A stretch of DNA of 36,274 nucleotides, from contig JAUCBJ010005947.1 in assembly GCA_032718475.1 (NCBI GenBank), positions 1-36,274 on the forward strand. Direction: 5' to 3'. Origin of the DNA: Nemertoderma westbladi. Taxonomy: Eukaryota > Animalia > Xenacoelomorpha. The notes below the pieces were generated by a model. It did no database searches. It was not told where the DNA came from and saw only the letters and a program-made list of their open reading frames with translations. Made by a program: the position numbers and the translations under genes. This document shows, piece by piece, positions 1-12,300 of this stretch (position 1 is its first letter; every line of letters starts with the position of its first letter).

Positions 1-2625
1 CCTTCAGATTGCAACAGACCTGAAGATAAAAATAATTATTTTCTTACCACTACTCACCTGGCTACTGTCATTGAAGAATGTCAGGCAGCTGGTTTGGGTA
101 TAATCATAGGAGGTGATATTAATGGGTCACTTAAAGCAGATATTTTTCATCCCAGAGGATCTAGAAGTTATTCACATTTTGGACATATTTTTAACAATGT
201 CATATTGAGAAATTATGACTTTACAGTTGCTGACATGTGTATAAAGGCATCTGGTCCAATGTCTACATACACCTTCAATAACAAATTTGGAGATATCATT
301 CGTGAGAGTTACATTGATCACATATTAGTTGGAAATGAAATGTATGAAAATATCCGAGAGTCACTTGTACTAGAACATGATGAGAAAAACCTCTCTGATC
401 ATAGGCCAGTAAAGATACTCCTCCAATATAAAAAGACTCTCCAAGTGGAAGACAATCTACTACGATCTCGAATTAAACAAACTAAATTTGATTTCAAAAA
501 GGCAACAAATGTACAGAAGGTTGCTTACAGAGAGGAAATCCGAGGAAAGCTTGAATCTGTAAATCACAATGTAACTTTAGATGAGAAAGTGAATATCCTA
601 ACAAATACTATAAACGAAGCATCCAAAAACAATATTCCTAGATTTTACTGGAAACCAAAAACTCATTTGAAATATCGCAAAAACTTAAAGGTGACTGGAA
701 AACGTAGCACAAATTACTCAAAAGACTACCAAGACTATCAACAACATATACGAGATATTATTGCAACAAACAGGCATGATCCGAAACTTTTCTGGAAAAA
801 TATTAAGCCAGTAAAAGACAACTTCATTGTTCCAAATCCTACATTACTATATCACGAAGTTAAAACACAATTCAACAACTGTATGCAACACAATGAAGAT
901 CCATCACTTCATACACCTGATCCCACATGTAGTAATTCAAAGCCCGAGCTGGGGAAGACAGTCAAAGATGACTGTTCAACGAAGACAAACCCAAATAATA
1001 TAACCCCAACAGAAATTGAATCCAATATAAAGGACCTTAACCGGCAGAAGGCAGCTGATATCAACAATATCATCTCAGAATCTTTATTTTATGGCCTATC
1101 CGATACACTTACGGGTTTCATTGCAGATATTTTCAATGAGATTAACCGCAAAGGGAAAACCCCTCTTTCCTTCTCAACTAGTATAATATTTCCTGTTCCT
1201 AAACCAGCCAAGAAGAACTCTGTAATACAAAATTCAACACGATTTCGAAATATAAGTATTATCACGGTTTTGGCAAAATTATGGGAGCGAACTATCATTA
1301 AAGAGCTTGAATGTCTGACTCTAAATGAACTCCAGCTTGGTTATAGAAAAGGCATAGGCAGTGAAACTGCTTATTTATTGGCATCCCAGCTAATTCGAAA
1401 GTTTAACAAGAAAAACTCAAAAATATATGCCTTATCTCTTGATATGTCGGCTGCATTCGATAAAGTTAGCTACACTATGCTTTTTGACAAACTGAGACAG
1501 TCAAAATTAAATGGCAACATTGTTGATGCTATAGAGACATACTATAGAAATTCGGTCGCATATTTGAATTGTAATGGATATTGTTATGCAGAGCCGATTG
1601 CCTTGTGTCAAGGTGTGCGACAAGGTGGAGTCCTATCCCCACTACTATTCAACTATTACATGACGGATTTAATTACTGAAATAGTGGAGAGCGGCCTAGG
1701 AGTTCACATAGCAAGGGAATCTTTTGCCATTTTAACATATGCAGATGATGTACTGCTGCTTGCTACACTTAAATCAGATTTACAGGAAATGCTGCAATTA
1801 TCGAGCTGCTTCCTCGAGAAACACAACATGAAATTGAACTTCTCAAAATGTCACTTTCTATCCATAGAAACAGATGGCAGGTGTTCTACTAATGATAGCA
1901 TAACCTTCTGCGGTAAAGTAGTAGATGCGGCTGATGGTTGTTTTTATATGGGTCTCCCGCTACCTTCACATCGGAATAGGCTCAAAGATCATCTCAACAC
2001 CAAAGTCTGGTCTAACCTTTCTATGTTAAAAAATCGGGGTCTAACTGTGGATCAAATAACGCTTAAAATCTCCAGCTTAGTTTGGCGTATGATATGTCTA
2101 CCCTCTATATCATATGGGGCCCTAGCCTTATCCAACAATGAACTGACTGAAGTTGCAAGCAGCTGTAGGTCTGCCATGAGGGATATTATACACTTAAAGA
2201 GCTACATGCCAAATGCAGTGTTAGCTCAACTTTTTGAGATTGATGTGGAAAGTCACCTACGACTTACTAACTTTCGAGGACTATATAATACATTTAACAC
2301 CTCCAATAAAAAGATATCTTCTTTCTTTGGGTCTTTACTGTGTGACCACTGGACAGACGAGGATAATAAAGACTCAATTTTTACTCTTTATCAGATGTCC
2401 AGCTGGTATCATGACTTGCCACCACTGAATTCACTAGCTGTGCATAATTACTCCCCTCAACACTGCATACAAAAACGGAAGAAAGAGTTGCAGCACCAAA
2501 TCACTGATCGTGATATGTTCCTCACGCTGATTAATCTATCTCTCCTCAACAGGCCAGACATACCTATGTCACTGAGAAAGGAGGTTTTGCAAGAGACTAA
2601 TAAGATGGTCTTGGTGGGCTTATAA
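1..2625 (+). CDS. Non-LTR retrotransposon (LINE) ORF: AP-endonuclease + reverse transcriptase, 5'-truncated by the window edge
   Basis: The frame is open from base 1 (PSDCNRPE...) to TAA at 2625. APE motifs: GGDIN, YIDHIL, LSDHRP. RT motifs: QLGYRKG, SLDMSAAFDKV, GVRQGGVLSPLLF, YADD. No stops or frameshifts. Confidence 0.93.
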   Translation, partial: PSDCNRPEDKNNYFLTTTHLATVIEECQAAGLGIIIGGDINGSLKADIFHPRGSRSYSHFGHIFNNVILRNYDFTVADMCIKASGPMSTYTFNNKFGDIIRESYIDHILVGNEMYENIRESLVLEHDEKNLSDHRPVKILLQYKKTLQVEDNLLRSRIKQTKFDFKKATNVQKVAYREEIRGKLESVNHNVTLDEKVNILTNTINEASKNNIPRFYWKPKTHLKYRKNLKVTGKRSTNYSKDYQDYQQHIRDIIATNRHDPKLFWKNIKPVKDNFIVPNPTLLYHEVKTQFNNCMQHNEDPSLHTPDPTCSNSKPELGKTVKDDCSTKTNPNNITPTEIESNIKDLNRQKAADINNIISESLFYGLSDTLTGFIADIFNEINRKGKTPLSFSTSIIFPVPKPAKKNSVIQNSTRFRNISIITVLAKLWERTIIKELECLTLNELQLGYRKGIGSETAYLLASQLIRKFNKKNSKIYALSLDMSAAFDKVSYTMLFDKLRQSKLNGNIVDAIETYYRNSVAYLNCNGYCYAEPIALCQGVRQGGVLSPLLFNYYMTDLITEIVESGLGVHIARESFAILTYADDVLLLATLKSDLQEMLQLSSCFLEKHNMKLNFSKCHFLSIETDGRCSTNDSITFCGKVVDAADGCFYMGLPLPSHRNRLKDHLNTKVWSNLSMLKNRGLTVDQITLKISSLVWRMICLPSISYGALALSNNELTEVASSCRSAMRDIIHLKSYMPNAVLAQLFEIDVESHLRLTNFRGLYNTFNTSNKKISSFFGSLLCDHWTDEDNKDSIFTLYQMSSWYHDLPPLNSLAVHNYSPQHCIQKRKKELQHQITDRDMFLTLINLSLLNRPDIPMSLRKEVLQETNKMVLVGL

Positions 2626-2654
2626 CTTCTGTTTTCGCTGGACATACTTATTTA

Positions 2655-3124
2655 GTTAACTGCACATTCATTTCAAGTAATATTTTAATGCAATTTTAAT
2701 GTGAATCCTTTTCAGCTAACTGCACATTTAATTCAGTTTAATATTTAAATGCAATTTTAATGTGAACCGTTTATTGTGGTTCTCTTTTACATATACTCTG
2801 CGTCTGCTCTATACATCAGATGTTAACTGCACATTCATTTCAAGTAATATTTTAATGCAATTTTAATGTGAATCCTTTTCAGCTAACTGCACATTTAATT
2901 CAGTTTAATATTTAAATGCAATTTTAATGTGAACCGTTTATTGTGGTTCTCTTTTACATATACTCTGCGTCTGCTCTATACATCAGATGTTAACTGCACA
3001 TTCATTTCAAGTAATATTTTAATGCAATTTTAATGTGAATCCTTTTCAGCTAACTGCACATTTAATTCTGTTTAATATTTAAATGCAATTTTAATGTGAA
3101 CCGTTTATTGTGGTTCTCTTTTAC
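2655..3124 (+). repeat. 167-bp tandem repeat x~2.8 in the LINE 3' UTR, each unit containing two related ~61-bp subunits
   Basis: GTTAACTGCACATTCATTTC starts at 2655, 2822 and 2989. The copies are near-identical. The subunit is TAACTGCACATT...AATGCAATTTTAATGTGAA. Confidence 0.95.
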
Positions 3125-3217
3125 TAATTATGACTCTAATATAGCCGCCGGGGCGCAAGCCGGATAATAATAATAATAATAAAAGTAAAAATATAATTAT
3201 AATTAATCAAAACTGAC

Positions 3218-3324
3218 ATTCAGCTAGATATCCAGTAGCAAAGTTATCCATGGCAATCAAAGCATTAATGGCATTTAGATACTCAACGTTGCTCCATTTT
3301 ATGTCAAAGTTTGTGCAATACATC
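3218..3324 (-). CDS. CACNA2D: alpha2delta exon: (W)MYCTNFDIKWSNVEYLNAINALIAMDNFATGYLAE(C)
   Basis: ttacAG acceptor, GTcagt donor. Phase 2 in, phase 1 out. The gene continues beyond the LINE, outside the window. Confidence 0.8.
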
Positions 3325-6300
3325 CTGTAACAAAATAAATACAGTTTAGGTTTGTTCAATACACCTTGTCGTTTATGTAATATAGTAAAGTAAAGTTTAC
3401 GGGAACCTAAAATATGAAATTAAAAATGAGAAATTAGCGAAAAATGTGCTGTTTCTGTTCTTGGGCTCGAACTCGCGAGCTTCCAGTTGGAAGATCCAGG
3501 CTGTAACCAACTTCACTTCCTGACCTTTGAACCCCTGATGTATAAGTAATTAACAGCCGTGCCTAATATTCGTTCAGCTAATTAACAGCTCGGGATCAGC
3601 GGGGAAAATGCCTAATTTTATTCCATGTAAGAAGTAGTTTTTAACGTATTTTTTTTCTTAATTAAATTAAAATGTTTAATTTACCAGGGAGAGATAAGAA
3701 CCTCGTGTAGTTTAAAGGCATTCTTGAGTTGATCTATATTTCCATCAAACATTCCCTGTGGTGTCTCTATGTAACTCAGCAGTAGTTGGTCAGTAATACT
3801 ACCAGTGTGGGGCACCGCGCCAAAGAATACGTAAGGGGTGTCTGCTATCTTCCTGTAGCAGTATTTGTATGATAATTCTCGTATGTACCTCTGGAACATA
3901 AATAAATGTTTAATGACTCTATAGAAATTATACTGAAACCTTCAAGAGGCGGAACTCAATATCAAATATGGGTTTATTGGTAGCATAACGACTTCTAGAA
4001 CATAGTATATATATATAGGTATATATATTGAATATATACTATGTTCTAGAACTCCTAAGGTAGCATCAGGAGTGGAAGAGTACAATAATTGGAATAGCAG
4101 TAACTATGGAAGCAATATAGTAAAATAATGAAGTTCAATATATTTTGTAACACTACACAGTTAGTACAGGCTCCAGCCCATGACCCAGTATAAATTTTTT
4201 ATATGAATGAGCTACCCTACATAGATTTTTAGTACAGATAAGAGACGTTTAATAAAATTTGGGTAGAATTCACCAAACGGTCGCGCTGGTTTTTTAGAGG
4301 ATCTAAAACATAGCAACGAAGGAAATTGCCATAGCAACAACTCTTATATAGTAGATTTAACCAATACATTGAAGGTCGTTTTCACTTGGTTGCTATGGTA
4401 TTTAAAAAAAAACTAAATATGCCATTAAACTCTTCTTATCCAAAATAGTTCACTTTCATAAATTGTAACTCTTCATATCTGCTATAATAGTTGTTGCCAT
4501 GGCAATTTCCTCCGTTGCTATGTTTAAGACCCTCTGTAAAACCAGCGCAACCATTTGGTGAAGTCTACCCAAACTTTTTAAATGTCCCATATCAGTACTA
4601 AACATTAATGTGGGGTTGATCCGTCCGCAGAAAAATTCTTACGGGCCCATAGGCTGGAGCCTGTACTAACTCTCGACCCTTTATTAACCTCATTGGCGCT
4701 CGGTAAATAAAATACCTCAAAAAGAGTGAAAAAGTCATAGGGCCTACGTTCTAAAGTACCAAAATAATAAATAATTAAACTGTCCCAAAAGCGTAAGCCA
4801 ACAGCACTGAGTCCGGCTCGGCCCTCGAACCAAACGCGGGAAGCACACAGCACTGAGTCCGGCTCGGTCCCCGAACCAAACGCGGGAAGCACACAGCACT
4901 GAAGTAATGAATAATGTAGTAAAATAATGAAGTTCAATATATTTTGTAACACTACACAGTTAGTACAGGCTCCAGCCCATGACCCAGTATAAATTTTTTA
5001 TATGAATGAGCTACCCTACATAGATTTTTAGTACAGATAAGAGACGTTTAATAAAATTTGGGTAGAATTCACCAAACGGTCGCGCTGGTTTTTTAGAGGA
5101 TCTAAAACATAGCAACGAAGGAAATTGCCATAGCAACAACTCTTATATAGTAGATTTAACCAATACATTGAAGGTCGTTTTCACTTGGTTGCTATGGTAT
5201 TTAAAAAAAAACTAAATATGCCATTAAACTCTTCTTATCCAAAATAGTTCACTTTCATAAATTGTAACTCTTCATATCTGCTATAATAGTTGTTGCCATG
5301 GCAATTTCCTCCGTTGCTATGTTTAAGACCCTCTGTAAAACCAGCGCAACCATTTGGTGAAGTCTACCCAAACTTTTTAAATGTCCCATATCAGTACTAA
5401 ACATTAATGTGGGGTTGATCCGTCCGCAGAAAAATTCTTACGGGCCCATAGGCTGGAGCCTGTACTAACTCTCGACCCTTTATTAACCTCGTTGGCGCTC
5501 GGTAAATAAAATACCTCAAAAAGAGTGAAAAAGTCATAGGGCCTACGTTCTAAAGTACCAAAATAATAAATAATTAAACTGTCCCAAAAGCGTAAGCCAA
5601 CAGCACTGAGTCCGGCTCGGCCCTCGAACCAAACGCGGGAAGCACACAGCACTGAGTCCGGCTCGGTCCCCGAACCAAACGCGGGAAGCACACAGCACTG
5701 AGTCCGGCTCGGTCCCCGAACCAAACGCGGGAAGCACACAGCACTGAGTCCGGCTCGGTCCTCGAACCAAACGCGGGAAGCACACAGCACTGAGTCCGGC
5801 TCGGTCCACGAACCAAACGCGGGAAGCACACAGCACTGAGTCCGGCTCGGTCCTCGAACCAAACGCGGGAAGCACACAGCACTGAGTCCGGCTCGGTCCT
5901 CGAACCAAACGCGGGAAGCACACAGCACTGAGTCCGGGCTCGGTCCTCGAAACAAACGCGGGAAGCACACAGCACTGAGTCCGGCTCGGTCCTCGAACCA
6001 AACGCGGGAAGCACACAGCACTGAGTCCGGCTCGGCCCTCGAACCAAACGCGGGAAGCACACAGCACTGAGTCCGGCTCGGTCCTCGAACCAAACGCGGG
6101 AAGCACACAGCACTGAGTCCGGCTCGGCCCTCGAACCAAACGCGGGAAGCACACAGCACTGAGTCCGGCTCGGCCCTCGAACCAAACGCGGGAAGCACAC
6201 AGCACTGAGTCCGACTCGGCCCTCGAACCAAACGCGAGAAGCACACAGCACTGAGTCCGGCTCGGCTCTCGAACCAAACGCGGGAAGCACACAGCACTGA

Positions 6301-9300
6301 GTCCGGCTCGGCCCTCGAACCAAACGCGGGAAGCACACAGCACTGAGTCCGGCTCGGCTCTCGAACCAAACGCGGGAAGCACACAGCACTGAGTCCGGCT
6401 CGGCCCTCGAACCAAACGCGGGAAGCACACAGTACTGAGTCCGGGCTCGGTCCTCGAACCAAACGCGGGAAGCACACAGCACTGAGTCCGACTCGGCCCT
6501 CGAACCAAACGCGAGAAGCACACAGCACTGAGTCCGGCTCGGCCCTCGAACCAAACGCGGGAAGCACACAGCACTGAGTCCGGCTCGGTCCTCGAACCAA
6601 ACGCGGGAAGCACACAGCACTGAGTCCGGCTCGGCCCTCGAACCAAACGCGGGAAGCACACAGCACTGAGTCCGGGCTCGGTCCTCGAACCAAACGCGGG
6701 AAGCACACAGCACTGAGTCCGGCTCGGTCCTCGAACCAAACGCGGGAAGCACACAGCACTGAGTCCGGCACGGTCCTCGAACCAAACGCGGGAAGCACAC
6801 AGCACTGAGTCCGACTCGGCCCTCGAACCAAACGCGAGAAGCACACAGCACTGAGTCCGGCTCGGCTCTCGAACCAAACGCGGGAAGCACACAGCACTGA
6901 GTCCGGCTCGGCCCTCGAACCAAACGCGGGAAGCACACAGCACTGAGTCCGGCTCGGCTCTCGAACCAAACGCGGGAAGCACACAGCACTGAGTCCGGCT
7001 CGGCCCTCGAACCAAACGCGGGAAGCACACAGTACTGAGTCCGGGCTCGGTCCTCGAACCAAACGCGGGAAGCACACAGCACTGAGTCCGGCTCGGCCCT
7101 CGAACCAAACGCGAGAAGCACACAGCACTGAGTCCGGCTCGGTCCCCGAACCAAACGCGGGAAGCACACAGCACTGAGTCCGGCTCGGTCCCCGAACCAA
7201 ACGCGGGAAGCACACAGCACTGAGTCCGACTCGGCCCTCGAACCAAACGCGGGAAGCACACAGCACTGAGTCCGGCTCGGTCCCCGAACCAAACGCGGGA
7301 AGCACACAGCACTGAGTCCGGCTCGGCCCTCGAACCAAACGCGGGAAGCACACAGCACTGAGTCCGGCTCGGTCCCCGAACCAAACGCGGGAAGCACACA
7401 GCACTGAGTCCGGCTCGGCCCTCGAACCAAACGCGGGAAGCACACAGCACTGAGTCCGGCTCGGTCTTCGAACCAAACGCGGGAAGCACACAGCACTGAG
7501 TCCGGGCTCGGTCCTCGAACCAAACGCGGGAAGCACACAGCACTGAGTCCGACTCGGCCCTCGAACCAAACGCGGGAAGCACACAGCACTGAGTCCGGCT
7601 CGGTCCCCGAACCAAACGCGGGAAGCACACAGCACTGAGTCCGGCTCGGCCCTCGAACCAAACGCGGGAAGCACACAGCACTGAGTCCGGCTCGGTCCCC
7701 GAACCAAACGCGGGAAGCACACAGCACTGAGTCCGGCTCGGTCCCCGAACCAAACGCGGGAAGCACACAGCACTGAGTCCGGGCTCGGTCCTCGAACCAA
7801 ACGCGGGAAGCACACAGCACTGAGTCCGGCTCGGCCCTCGAACCAAACGCGGGAAGCACACAGCACTGAGTCCGACTCGGCCCTCGAACCAAACGCGAGA
7901 AGCACACAGCACTGAGTCCGGCTCGGTCCTCGAACCAAACGCGGGAAGCACACAGCACTGAGTCCGACTCGGCCCTCGAACCAAACGCGAGAAGCACACA
8001 GCACTGAGTCCGGCTCGGCCCTCGAACCAAACTCTGGAAGCACACAGCACTGAGTCCGGCTCGGTCCTCGAACCAAACTCTGGAAGCACACAGCACTGAG
8101 TCCGGCTCGGTCCCCGAACCAAACGCGGGAAGCACACAGCACTGAGTCCGGCTCGGTCCCCGAACCAAACGCGGGAAGCACACAGCACTGAGTCCGGCTC
8201 GGTCCCCGAACCAAACGCGGGAAGCACACAGCACTGAGTCCGGCTCGGTCCCCGAACCAAACGCGGGAAGCACACAGCACTGAGTCCGGCTCGGTCCCCG
8301 AACCAAACGCGGGAAGCACACAGCACTGAGTCCGGCTCGGTCCCCGAACCAAACGCGGGAAGCACACAGCACTGAGTCCGGCTCGGTCCCCGAACCAAAC
8401 GCGGGAAGCACACAGCACTGAGTCCGGCTCGGCCCTCGAACCAAACGCGGGAAGCACACAGCACTGAGTCCGGCTCGGTCCCCGAACCAAACGCGGGAAG
8501 CACACAGCACTGAGTCCGGCTCGGTCCCCGAACCAAACGCGGGAAGCACACAGCACTGAGTCCGGGCTCGGTCCTCGAACCAAACGCGGGAAGCACACAG
8601 CACTGAGTCCGGCTCGGTCTTCGAACCAAACGCGGGAAGCACACAGCACTGAGTCCGGGCTCGGTCCTCGAACCAAACGCGGGAAGCACACAGCACTGAG
8701 TCCGGCTCGGCCCTCGAACCGAACGCGGGAAGCACACAGTACTGAGTCCGGGCTCGGTCCTCGAACCAAACGCGGGAAGCACACAGCACTGAGTCCGACT
8801 CGGCCCTCGAACCAAACGCGAGAAGCACACAGCACTGAGTCCGGCTCGGTCCTCGAACCAAACGCGGGAAGCACACAGCACTGAGTCCGGCTCGGTCTTC
8901 GAACCAAACGCGGGAAGCACACAGCACTGAGTCCGGGCTCGGTCCTCGAACCAAACGCGGGAAGCACACAGCACTGAGTCCGGCTCGGTCCTCGAACCAA
9001 ACGCGGGAAGCACACAGCACTGAGTCCGGCTCGGCCCTCGAACCGAACGCGGGAAGCACACAGTACTGAGTCCGGCTCGGTCCTCGAACCAAACGCGGGA
9101 AGCACACAGCACTGAGTCCGACTCGGCCCTCGAACCAAACGCGGGAAGCACACAGCACTGAGTCCGGCTCGGTCCTCGAACCAAACTCTGGAAGCACACA
9201 GCACTGAGTCCGGCTCGGCCCTCGAACCAAACGCGGGAAGCACACAGCACTGAGTCCGGCTCGGTCTTCGAACCAAACGCGGGAAGCACACAGCACTGAG

Positions 9301-12300
9301 TCCGGGCTCGGTCCTCGAACCAAACGCGGGAAGCACACAGCACTGAGTCCGGCTCGGCCCTCGAACCGAACGCGGGAAGCACACAGTACTGAGTCCGGGC
9401 TCGGTCCTCGAACCAAACGCGGGAAGCACACAGCACTGAGTCCGACTCGGCCCTCGAACCAAACGCGAGAAGCACACAGCACTGAGTCCGGCTCGGTCCT
9501 CGAACCAAACGCGGGAAGCACACAGCACTGAGTCCGGCTCGGTCTTCGAACCAAACGCGGGAAGCACACAGCACTGAGTCCGGGCTCGGTCCTCGAACCA
9601 AACGCGGGAAGCACACAGCACTGAGTCCGGCTCGGTCCTCGAACCAAACGCGGGAAGCACACAGCACTGAGTCCGGCTCGGCCCTCGAACCGAACGCGGG
9701 AAGCACACAGTACTGAGTCCGGCTCGGTCCTCGAACCAAACGCGGGAAGCACACAGCACTGAGTCCGACTCGGCCCTCGAACCAAACGCGGGAAGCACAC
9801 AGCACTGAGTCCGGCTCGGTCCTCGAACCAAACGCGGGAAGCACACAGCACTGAGTCCGGCTCGGCCCTCGAACCAAACTCTGGAAGCACACAGCACTGA
9901 GTCCGGCTCGGCCCTCGAACCAAACGCGGGAAGCACACAGCACTGAGTCCGGGCTCGGTCCTCGAACCAAACGCGGGAAGCACACAGCACTGAGTCCGAC
10001 TCGGCCCTCGAACCAAACGCGAGAAGCACACAGCACTGAGTCCGGCTCGGCCCTCGAACCAAACGCGGGAAGCACACAGCACTGAGTCCGGCTCGGTCCT
10101 CGAACCAAACGCGGGAAGCACACAGCACTGAGTCCGGCTCGGTCCTCGAACCAAACGCGGGAAGCACACAGCACTGAGTCCGACTCGGCCCTCGAACCAA
10201 ACGCGAGAAGCACACAGCACTGAGTCCGGCTCGGTCCTCGAACCAAACGCGGGAAGCACACAGCACTGAGTCCGGCTCGGCCCTCGAACCAAACGCGGGA
10301 AGCACACAGCACTGAGTCCGGGCTCGGTCCTCGAACCAAACGCGGGAAGCACACAGCACTGAGTCCGGCTCGGTCCTCGAACCAAACGCGGGAAGCACAC
10401 AGCACTGAGTCCGACTCGGCCCACGAACCAAACGCGAGAAGCACACAGCACTGAGTCCGGCTCGGTCTTCGAACCAAACGCGGGAAGCACACAGCACTGA
10501 GTCCGGCTCGGTCCTCGAACCAAACGCGGGAAGCACACAGCACTGAGTCCGGCTCGGTCCTCGAACCAAACTCTGGAAGCACACAGCACTGAGTCCGGCT
10601 CGGCCCTCGAACCAAACGCGGGAAGCACACAGCACTGAGTCCGACTCGGCCCTCGAACCAAACGCGAGAAGCACACAGCACTGAGTCCGGCTCGGTCCTC
10701 GAACCAAACGCGGGAAGCACACAGCACTGAGTCCGGCTCGGTCCTCGAACCAAACGCGGGAAGCACACAGCACTGAGTCCGGCTCGGCCCTCGAACCAAA
10801 CGCGGGAAGCACACAGTACTGAGTCCGGGCTCGGTCCTCGAACCAAACGCGAGAAGCACACAGCACTGAGTCCGACTCGGCCCTCGAACCAAACGCGAGA
10901 AGCACACAGCACTGAGTCCGGCTCGGTCCTCGAACCAAACGCGGGAAGCACACAGCACTGAGTCCGGCTCGGCCCTCGAACCAAACGCGGGAAGCACACA
11001 GCACTGAGTCCGGGCTCGGTCCTCGAACCAAACGCGGGAAGCACACAGCACTGAGTCCGGCTCGGTCCTCGAACCAAACGCGGGAAGCACACAGCACTGA
11101 GTCCGACTCGGCCCTCGAACCAAACGCGAGAAGCACACAGCACTGAGTCCGGCTCGGTCCTCGAACCAAACGCGGGAAGCACACAGCACTGAGTCCGGCT
11201 CGGCCCTCGAACCAAACGCGAGAAGCACACAGCACTGAGTCCGGCTCGGTCCCCGAACCAAACGCGGGAAGCACACAGCACTGAGTCCGGCTCGGTCCCC
11301 GAACCAAACGCGGGAAGCACACAGCACTGAGTCCGACTCGGCCCTCGAACCAAACGCGGGAAGCACACAGCACTGAGTCCGGCTCGGTCCCCGAACCAAA
11401 CGCGGGAAGCACACAGCACTGAGTCCGGCTCGGCCCTCGAACCAAACGCGGGAAGCACACAGCACTGAGTCCGGCTCGGTCCCCGAACCAAACGCGGGAA
11501 GCACACAGCACTGAGTCCGGCTCGGCCCTCGAACCAAACGCGGGAAGCACACAGCACTGAGTCCGGCTCGGTCTTCGAACCAAACGCGGGAAGCACACAG
11601 CACTGAGTCCGGGCTCGGTCCTCGAACCAAACGCGGGAAGCACACAGCACTGAGTCCGACTCGGCCCTCGAACCAAACGCGGGAAGCACACAGCACTGAG
11701 TCCGGCTCGGTCCCCGAACCAAACGCGGGAAGCACACAGCACTGAGTCCGGCTCGGCCCTCGAACCAAACGCGGGAAGCACACAGCACTGAGTCCGGCTC
11801 GGTCCCCGAACCAAACGCGGGAAGCACACAGCACTGAGTCCGGCTCGGTCCCCGAACCAAACGCGGGAAGCACACAGCACTGAGTCCGGGCTCGGTCCTC
11901 GAACCAAACGCGGGAAGCACACAGCACTGAGTCCGGCTCGGCCCTCGAACCAAACGCGGGAAGCACACAGCACTGAGTCCGACTCGGCCCTCGAACCAAA
12001 CGCGAGAAGCACACAGCACTGAGTCCGGCTCGGTCCTCGAACCAAACGCGGGAAGCACACAGCACTGAGTCCGACTCGGCCCTCGAACCAAACGCGAGAA
12101 GCACACAGCACTGAGTCCGGCTCGGCCCTCGAACCAAACTCTGGAAGCACACAGCACTGAGTCCGGCTCGGTCCTCGAACCAAACTCTGGAAGCACACAG
12201 CACTGAGTCCGGCTCGGTCCCCGAACCAAACGCGGGAAGCACACAGCACTGAGTCCGGCTCGGTCCCCGAACCAAACGCGGGAAGCACACAGCACTGAGT

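Larger units (their letters stand above)
1..3182 (+). mobile_element. LINE retrotransposon copy (clade not assigned), antisense within a CACNA2D intron
   Basis: APE-RT ORF, ~540-bp 3' UTR, terminal GC stem-loop (3148-3163) and (TAA)n tail 3165-3182. It ends ~35 bp from the donor site of the 3218-3324 exon. Confidence 0.9.
4118..5701. repeat. Near-perfect tandem duplication, 785 bp (4118-4902 and 4917-5701), with a 14-bp filler
   Basis: Offset 799 throughout. I saw one substitution (CTCATTGG vs CTCGTTGG). The unit is the MITE, a spacer and the first ~2 satellite monomers. Confidence 0.93.
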
